Shown here: positions 58,064-64,000 of the stretch, piece by piece
Layout: each line of letters starts with the position of its first letter
Position numbering within the stretch: position 1 is the stretch's first letter
Assembly (NCBI GenBank): GCA_947085185.1
Contig: CAMTVK010000001.1
Span: forward strand, 32,001-96,000
Length of the DNA: 64,000 nucleotides
DNA from: Candidatus Fraserbacteria bacterium
Lineage (GTDB): Bacteria > Bipolaricaulota > Bipolaricaulia > RBG-16-55-9 > DRXL01
Direction: 5' to 3'
Translations under genes and position numbers: made by a program
Notes under the pieces: model-generated
Database searches by the model: none
What the model was told of the DNA's origin: nothing
The model's input: only the letters and a program-made list of their open reading frames with translations

Positions 58064-60286
58064 ATGTCTAAGATCATTGCGACGGCCGCGATCCGCGGAG
58101 CGCACAAATATGTCTCCGAGGCGGAGGCCAAACTCAAAGAAGCGATAGAAACATATAAGCCCGAGAAGAAAGTGGGCTTTCCTAACACAGCGTATCACTT
58201 GCCGTTGATCTTGGCGCTGTTGGGCTTGAAAGTCGAGACGCTCAAGGACTGCCAAGAGGCGTTGCGGCACGCGCGGAGTCTTTTGCCCCCAATTCCAGAT
58301 GAGAGCTTGTGGTTGCCCTATCTGGGGGACGCTCTCGATGCGGGGATCGCCACGCTCATTGCAGAGGAGATCATCGAGGCTTTGAAATATTTAGATCCCA
58401 GCTATAAGCCAGATCCTCCCTTCTTGGGCTTCACCGACGACGCGATTTTGCGCACTCAAGGGATTAAGCTAGTAGACGGACGGATGCCGGGCTTTGCGGC
58501 GTGCGTAGGGGCGCTGCCGACCAATAAAGATGCCGTGGAACTCGCGCGCGCCCTGCAAGAGCGCAACATCTTAGTCTTCATGGCCGGGGACTCCTACGGG
58601 CGCTCGATGGCCGAACAGTTGGCCGAAGAAGGGATTGAAATGGGCTGGGACACTTATCTCGTTCCCTACGGCAAGCATGTCGGCGCGGCAGTCTTCGCGT
58701 TGAACTTTGCGGCCCGTGCTGCTATGACCTTTGGGGGGATCAAGCCCGGCAGCTTCGAGGCGGCTCGCAAGATTCTTTTGTATAACAAAGAGCGCGTCTT
58801 CGCATTCGTGCTCGCGCTGGGGGCCGACCCGGGCGTCGATGGTTCAGGCCAGCTTTTGAGCGACGAGAAGTATGCCACCGCCGCGGGCGCCATCAACTTC
58901 GGCTTCCCTGTTATCGCCAACGTCCCCATCCCGCAAATTCTCCCCCGGGGCATCTGCACATATGAGCACGTCGTCTCTGGGATCTCGCTGGACAAGATCA
59001 TTCAAAAAGCCGTCGAAGTCCGCGGGCTCAAGCTCAAGCTCTCTAAAATCCCGATTCCCGTGCCGTACGGGGCGAGCTTCGAGGGCGAGCGCGTACGAAA
59101 AGAGAATCTCTTTGTAGAATTCGGGGGCAAGTATTCAACGGCGTTTGAGCTGCTGCGCGCCCGGCCCATGGACGAGGTCGAAGACGGCAAGATTGAACTC
59201 ATAGGCCCAGATATAGACAAGGCCCAAGAGCGCGGGGCTATGCCACTTGGCGTGATCGTTGACGTAGCGGGGCGCAACTTGAAGACCGACTTCGAGCCCG
59301 TCTTAGAGCGCAGAATCCATCACTTCATCAGCTGTATTAATGGGGTGATGCACATCGGGCAGCGCGATATTCCGTGGGTGCGCATCTCCAAAGAAGCTTA
59401 CGAGAAGGGCTTTCGCCTGAGACACTACGGCGAGGTCTTGGTCGCAAAATTCAAAGAAGATTTCGGGGCTCTTGTCGATAAAGTCCAAGTGACGATTGTC
59501 ACCGACCAAGCCAAAGTAGAAGAACTGCTCAAAGGAGCTCGCGAGATCTATCGTGCTCGCGACGAGCGCGTCATGGGGATGAGGGACGAGGACGTAGATA
59601 CGTTCTATAGTTGCATCTTGTGCCAGAGCTACGCGCCCAATCACGTCTGCATCGTCACGCCCCAGCGCTTGGGCCTCTGCGGAGCCTATACGTGGTTAGA
59701 CTGCGGCGCTTCGTACGAGATGGACCCGCACGGGCCCAACAAGCCCGTGACCAAGGGCCTCTGTCTCGATCCCGTCCTGGGCGAGTGGCAGGGGGTCAAC
59801 GAGTACGTGCGCGGGGCTTCTAACGGCAACTTAGAGAAAGTGAGCATGTACTCGATCATGCAGAACCCCCAGACTTCGTGCGGCTGCTTTGAGTGCATCG
59901 TCGCGGTCTTGCCTGAAGCCAATGGGGTGATGGTCGTCAGCCGCGAGTATCAAGGGGAGACCCCCATCGGCATGACCTTCTCGACGATGGCCGGCGAAGT
60001 CGGCGGCGGCGTGCAGACGCCGGGGTTCTTGGGCGTGGGCAAACTCTATCTGACGAGCGAAAAATTTATCAGTGCTGAGGGCGGGATTAAGAGATTGGTC
60101 TGGATGCCCAGCGAACTGAAAGAAGAGATCAAAGATCGCCTGCAGAAGCGTTTGGAGGAGATCGGGATGCCGGAGCTCTTCGACAAGATCGCTACTGAGA
60201 AAGACGCAACAACCAGTGAAGAGCTGTTGGAGTTCTTGCAGCGTGTGGGCCACCCGGCATTAGAGATGGAGCCGATTGTACAATAG
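58064..60286 (+). CDS. acsB: Acetyl-CoA synthase subunit (bacterial type)
   Basis: FPNTAYHLP, LERRIH, FYSCILCQSYAPNHVC, R.GLCGA, TSCGCFEC (A-cluster ligands). Confidence 0.97.
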   Translation: MSKIIATAAIRGAHKYVSEAEAKLKEAIETYKPEKKVGFPNTAYHLPLILALLGLKVETLKDCQEALRHARSLLPPIPDESLWLPYLGDALDAGIATLIAEEIIEALKYLDPSYKPDPPFLGFTDDAILRTQGIKLVDGRMPGFAACVGALPTNKDAVELARALQERNILVFMAGDSYGRSMAEQLAEEGIEMGWDTYLVPYGKHVGAAVFALNFAARAAMTFGGIKPGSFEAARKILLYNKERVFAFVLALGADPGVDGSGQLLSDEKYATAAGAINFGFPVIANVPIPQILPRGICTYEHVVSGISLDKIIQKAVEVRGLKLKLSKIPIPVPYGASFEGERVRKENLFVEFGGKYSTAFELLRARPMDEVEDGKIELIGPDIDKAQERGAMPLGVIVDVAGRNLKTDFEPVLERRIHHFISCINGVMHIGQRDIPWVRISKEAYEKGFRLRHYGEVLVAKFKEDFGALVDKVQVTIVTDQAKVEELLKGAREIYRARDERVMGMRDEDVDTFYSCILCQSYAPNHVCIVTPQRLGLCGAYTWLDCGASYEMDPHGPNKPVTKGLCLDPVLGEWQGVNEYVRGASNGNLEKVSMYSIMQNPQTSCGCFECIVAVLPEANGVMVVSREYQGETPIGMTFSTMAGEVGGGVQTPGFLGVGKLYLTSEKFISAEGGIKRLVWMPSELKEEIKDRLQKRLEEIGMPELFDKIATEKDATTSEELLEFLQRVGHPALEMEPIVQ

Positions 60287-60299
60287 GAGCTGATGCTCT

Positions 60300-61643
60300 A
60301 TGGCTAAGCTCACGGGAATAGAGATCTATAAGCACCTGCCCAAGACCAACTGCGGGGATTGTAACTTCCCCACGTGTATGGCATTTGCGATGCAAGTCGC
60401 GGCCAAAAAAGTCGGGCTGGAGCAGTGCCCGCACGTCTCGGCAGAAGCCAAAGCGGCGCTCTCCGAGGCGCAAGCTCCCCCTATGCGCACCGTAACTGTA
60501 GGTGCGGGAGATCGTGCGCTCAAGCTCGGGGGCGAGACGGTTCTGTTCCGACACGAAGAGAAATTCCATCACCCCACGGCGATCGCCATCCGGGTGCGCG
60601 ATGATCTCTCCGAGAATGAGCTTGTCCAGCGCATCGAGAAGATCAATCAATTACAGTTTGTGCGCGTGGGCCAGCTCATCGGGGTCAACGCCATTGCTAT
60701 CGAGCAGACAGCTCAGGACGTCAATAAGTTCGTGCAGGCGGTCAAGCTTGCTGCGGAGAAGTCGCCCTTGGCATTGGTGCTCGTGAGCTCGGACCCGCAG
60801 GCGCTCCAGGCAGCTCTCGAGATCTGCGCCGAGCGGCGCCCGCTGCTCTGTGCAGCGAACGCAGAAAATTTTAAAGAGTTCGCAGCGCTCGCGAAACATT
60901 TTCAGTGTCCGCTCGCGGTGCGCGCAGCAACGCTCGAAGAACTTGCCGAACTTACGCAACAGATCAAATCTCTCGGCGTCGAAGATCTCGTGCTTCAGCC
61001 GGAGATCTCTGGGCTGGCCGATGGCTTGATGAAGCTGACGCAGCTGCGCCGGCTCGCGCTAGAGAAAAATTTCAGGGCTGTGGGCTACCCCGTGATGGCC
61101 TCCCTCCACGGGAGCGATCCGTTCCTGGAGAGCGCTTATGCTGGAGCGTTCGTGTGCAAATATGCGAGTCTGGTCGTGATGGACGGCGCGGAGCGCTCGC
61201 AGCTGTTGCCCATTCTCACTGTCCGACAGAATATCTTCACCGATCCTCAAGTGCCCAATGCCGTTGAAGCGAAGCTCTACAAAGTCGGCGAGCCCGGCCC
61301 TCACTCCCCGGTGCTCGTCACCACGAACTTTGCGCTCACGTACTTTACGGTCGAAGGTGAGGTCGAGAACAGCCGTGTCCCAGCGTATATCACGGTGGTG
61401 GACACGGGCGGCCTTGGGGTGCTCAATGCCTACGCCGATGACAAACTCACGGCTGAAGCTATCGTGAAAGCCGTCAAGAGTTCTGGAGTGATGGATCAAG
61501 TGGCTCACAAGAGATTGGTCATTCCGGGCTTAGTTGCGGTGCTCAAAGGCGAGATTGAAGATTTGGGGGGCTGGGAGGTCTTAGTCGGCCCAGAAGAAGC
61601 CGCGGGGATTCCCGCGTACCTGAAGAACGAATGGAAGGCGTAA
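60300..61643 (+). CDS. acsC: Corrinoid Fe-S protein large subunit
   Basis: LPKTNCGDCNFPTCMAFA, LGGETVLFRHE, RQNIFTDPQ, TTNFALTYF.V. Confidence 0.97.
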   Translation: MAKLTGIEIYKHLPKTNCGDCNFPTCMAFAMQVAAKKVGLEQCPHVSAEAKAALSEAQAPPMRTVTVGAGDRALKLGGETVLFRHEEKFHHPTAIAIRVRDDLSENELVQRIEKINQLQFVRVGQLIGVNAIAIEQTAQDVNKFVQAVKLAAEKSPLALVLVSSDPQALQAALEICAERRPLLCAANAENFKEFAALAKHFQCPLAVRAATLEELAELTQQIKSLGVEDLVLQPEISGLADGLMKLTQLRRLALEKNFRAVGYPVMASLHGSDPFLESAYAGAFVCKYASLVVMDGAERSQLLPILTVRQNIFTDPQVPNAVEAKLYKVGEPGPHSPVLVTTNFALTYFTVEGEVENSRVPAYITVVDTGGLGVLNAYADDKLTAEAIVKAVKSSGVMDQVAHKRLVIPGLVAVLKGEIEDLGGWEVLVGPEEAAGIPAYLKNEWKA

Positions 61644-61646
61644 GCG

Positions 61647-63578
61647 ATGCCCAAAGTGACGTTCCATCCCGATGAGGTGAGTGTTGTCGTCGAGCGCGGC
61701 GTGACCGTGCAGGCCGCGGCCAAGGCCGCCGGCGTCGAGCTCGCCAGCATCTGCGGCGGTGATGGGATTTGTGGCCGCTGTCGCGTCATCGTCAAGAACG
61801 GCAATATCGAAGCCGCATCGACGACGCTCTTAACTCGGGATGAGATTCAGAAGGGCTATGTGCTCGCCTGTCAGACCAAAGTCCTCGGTGACGTCGACGT
61901 GGAAGTCCCCCCACAGACCCGCGCCGAAGAGGGCCAGATCTTAATAGACCTAGACGCGCAGCGCTTCCGCGCCCTCTACCAAGAAGAGAAGATCTCGTTC
62001 ACGCACGAGCCCCTGGTGCAAAAGCTCTATTTGGAACTACCTCCGCCCACACTCCACGACAACTTGGCCGACCATCAACGGCTCTATCGGGAGGTCCGAA
62101 GGCACAGAAGCTACCCGATCATGCAGACGGGGCTGAAGGTCTTGCGGGCGCAGCCCAAGCTCCTGCGCCAGAGCCACTGGAGAGTGACGGCGACGTTAGG
62201 GCTGCGCGGTGGTGTCGTCGAGGTCTTGCAGCTTGAAGGCGGGGATACTTCCAAGCGCGCTTACGGGATCGCTGTGGACGTGGGCACGTCCACCGTCGTG
62301 GCCCACTTAGTGGACTTGAACACAGGCCGGACGATAGACGCCGAAGCGATGTATAACTCGCAGCGGGCCTACGGCGAAGAAGTCACACGCAGAATTCTCT
62401 ACGCGGAGCGCGGCGGCTTGGAGCCATTACAGAAGACCATCGTCAACGACATCAATAACTTAATTACGGCGCTGGTGGAGCGCAATAAGATCGCGCTCCA
62501 TGACTGTTTAGCGGTCGCCTGCGCGGGCAACACCACGATGATGCACTTGCTCTTGGGGCTTGATCCCAGCTCGATCCGGCGCGATCCGTATGTGTCGTGC
62601 TCGACGGCGCCCCCACCGGTGCGCGCCGCTGAAGTGGGCATCCACATCAATCCTCGGGGGTTATTGTACTGTCTGCCGGCTATTGGGGGCTGGGTCGGCG
62701 GCGATGTCACCGCGGGGATCCTAGCGACGGGGCTCTATGAGTCTGACAAGACCGTGATGCTCATAGACGTGGGCACCAACGGGGAGATCGTCATCGGGCG
62801 TCGCGAAGGCCGCTTCTATTGGTTGGTGACGTGTTCGGCTTCAGCGGGGCCGGCCTTTGAGGGCTCCGGGGTCAAGTGTGGCATGAAGGCGAGTCGCGGC
62901 GCTATCGAGCGCGTCCAGATCTCCCCCGACGGCAATGTCTTATATAAGACCGTGGGCAACGTCCGGCCCAAGGGGATCTGTGGGTCTGGGTTGATAGACT
63001 TGGTCGCGGGGCTCTTAGAAGCCGGGTTTATAGATCGCTCGGGGAGGCTCATTCCCGAGGCCAGCCCGCGCATGCGCGAGTGCGATGGGGTCTTAGAATT
63101 CGTCGTAGTCCCGGCACAGCGCTCGGCGACTGGGAAAGATATCGTGATCACCCAAGCAGATATAGAGAATCTGGTGCGGGCCAAAGCGGCGATCTACGCC
63201 GGGACTCTGATCTTGCTCAAATCGCTCAATCTCGATATGACCGACATAGATCGGATCTTTATCGCCGGGGGCTTTGGAAACTATCTCGACCGAGAGAAAG
63301 CGATTATGATCGGGCTTATTCCCGATCTGCCGTTAGAGAAGATTCGCTTTGTGGGGAACACGTCTATTTTGGGAGCCAAGATGGCGCTGCTGTCGCGGGA
63401 GGCGTGGGAGAAGTGTGAGGAGATCGCGCAGAGCGCGACATACTACGATCTGATCAGCTTCCCGCACTACTACGAAGAATTTCTCGCGGCCAAGTTCTTG
63501 CCTCACACGGAGCTGGAGCGATTCCCATCGGTGCAGGAGCGATTGCGGGTGAAGGAAGCGCTATGGCATTCACGATAG
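61647..63578 (+). CDS. acsV: Corrinoid reductive activator (2Fe-2S + ASKHA domain)
   Basis: CGG.G.CGRC...LACQ, DVGTST, DVGTNGE, SAGPAFEG, GICGSG, AGGFG, FLPHT. Confidence 0.92.
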   Translation: MPKVTFHPDEVSVVVERGVTVQAAAKAAGVELASICGGDGICGRCRVIVKNGNIEAASTTLLTRDEIQKGYVLACQTKVLGDVDVEVPPQTRAEEGQILIDLDAQRFRALYQEEKISFTHEPLVQKLYLELPPPTLHDNLADHQRLYREVRRHRSYPIMQTGLKVLRAQPKLLRQSHWRVTATLGLRGGVVEVLQLEGGDTSKRAYGIAVDVGTSTVVAHLVDLNTGRTIDAEAMYNSQRAYGEEVTRRILYAERGGLEPLQKTIVNDINNLITALVERNKIALHDCLAVACAGNTTMMHLLLGLDPSSIRRDPYVSCSTAPPPVRAAEVGIHINPRGLLYCLPAIGGWVGGDVTAGILATGLYESDKTVMLIDVGTNGEIVIGRREGRFYWLVTCSASAGPAFEGSGVKCGMKASRGAIERVQISPDGNVLYKTVGNVRPKGICGSGLIDLVAGLLEAGFIDRSGRLIPEASPRMRECDGVLEFVVVPAQRSATGKDIVITQADIENLVRAKAAIYAGTLILLKSLNLDMTDIDRIFIAGGFGNYLDREKAIMIGLIPDLPLEKIRFVGNTSILGAKMALLSREAWEKCEEIAQSATYYDLISFPHYYEEFLAAKFLPHTELERFPSVQERLRVKEALWHSR

Positions 63579-64000
63579 CGGTTGCGGGCAAGGGTGGTGT
63601 GGGCAAGACGACCGTCGCGGGGTTGATCGCTCGGCTGCTCGTCGAGCAGGGCAACGGCCCAGTGCTCGCTATTGACGCTGATCCCAACACGAACTTCCAT
63701 GAGGTCTTGGGACTGAATATTGAGCAGACTATCGGTGAGCTGCGCGAGGAGACGTTACAGCGCATTAAGGACCTGCCGCCAGGGGTCACCAAAGATCAGT
63801 ACTTGGAGTATGGGCTGCAGCAGTGTCTCGTCGAGAGCCATGGGATTGATCTCTTAGCGATGGGGCGGGGCGAGGGCCCCTTCTGTTACTGCGCCGTCAA
63901 TCACGTGCTGCGCCGATATATAGAGATCTTGAGCAAGAACTATAAGTACGTGGTGCTGGACAACGAAGCAGGGCTGGAGCATCTGTCGCGGCGCACAACA
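63563..64000 (+). CDS. acsF: Second CooC-like ATPase (AcsF/CooC2), runs off window edge
   Basis: MAFTIAVAGKGGVGKTT, IDADPN, MGRGEGPFCYC, DNEAGLEHLSRRTT. Confidence 0.9.
   Translation, partial: MAFTIAVAGKGGVGKTTVAGLIARLLVEQGNGPVLAIDADPNTNFHEVLGLNIEQTIGELREETLQRIKDLPPGVTKDQYLEYGLQQCLVESHGIDLLAMGRGEGPFCYCAVNHVLRRYIEILSKNYKYVVLDNEAGLEHLSRRTT

Noticed and set aside
58504..58520. GTAGGGGC in acsB as another REP
   Set aside because: No hairpin follows; it is ordinary coding sequence (CVGALP)

Overview
GC-rich bacterial chromosome segment from an anaerobe carrying the Wood-Ljungdahl pathway. Gene content and style are consistent with Bipolaricaulota/Acetothermia (OP1), which is my inference and is not verified. 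Left arm: carB (partial) and carA with a leader terminator, an archaeal-type FAU-1 RNase, DsbA-VKOR, a 7-gene MoxR/DUF58/vWA cluster, DoxX, DinB and a propionate/acetate-CoA ligase. From about 19.5 to 38.3 kb is a mosaic accessory island next to tRNA-Asn. It holds a decayed type III RM operon with a REP-associated tyrosine transposase inside it, an sbtA-sbtB(deleted)-purE-purK cassette, an ABC-2 exporter and many short gene relics. It also holds an apparently intact type I RM operon nested inside an older broken one. The HsdS of the intact operon is fused to a Panacea/SocA(DUF4065)-like antitoxin domain and coupled to a DUF3644 RxxxxH (HEPN-like) gene, with a small GIY-YIG gene in the same operon. 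Right arm: dnaB with a mini-intein, an HD hydrolase, an iorA-like gene with an in-frame palindromic insert, a secreted LTD-LTD-dockerin-TM-lipobox-cohesin protein, sua5, tRNA-Ala, RNase P RNA and a deoxyhypusine-synthase-like gene. It ends with hypFC-(beta-barrel gene)-hypDE and the divergent cooC-cooF-FAD oxidoreductase-acsB-acsC-acsV-acsF cluster. The best candidates for new biology are the RM-tethered antitoxin/HEPN module and the self-docking dockerin/cohesin polyprotein. All domain calls come from motif recognition by eye; no database searches were run.
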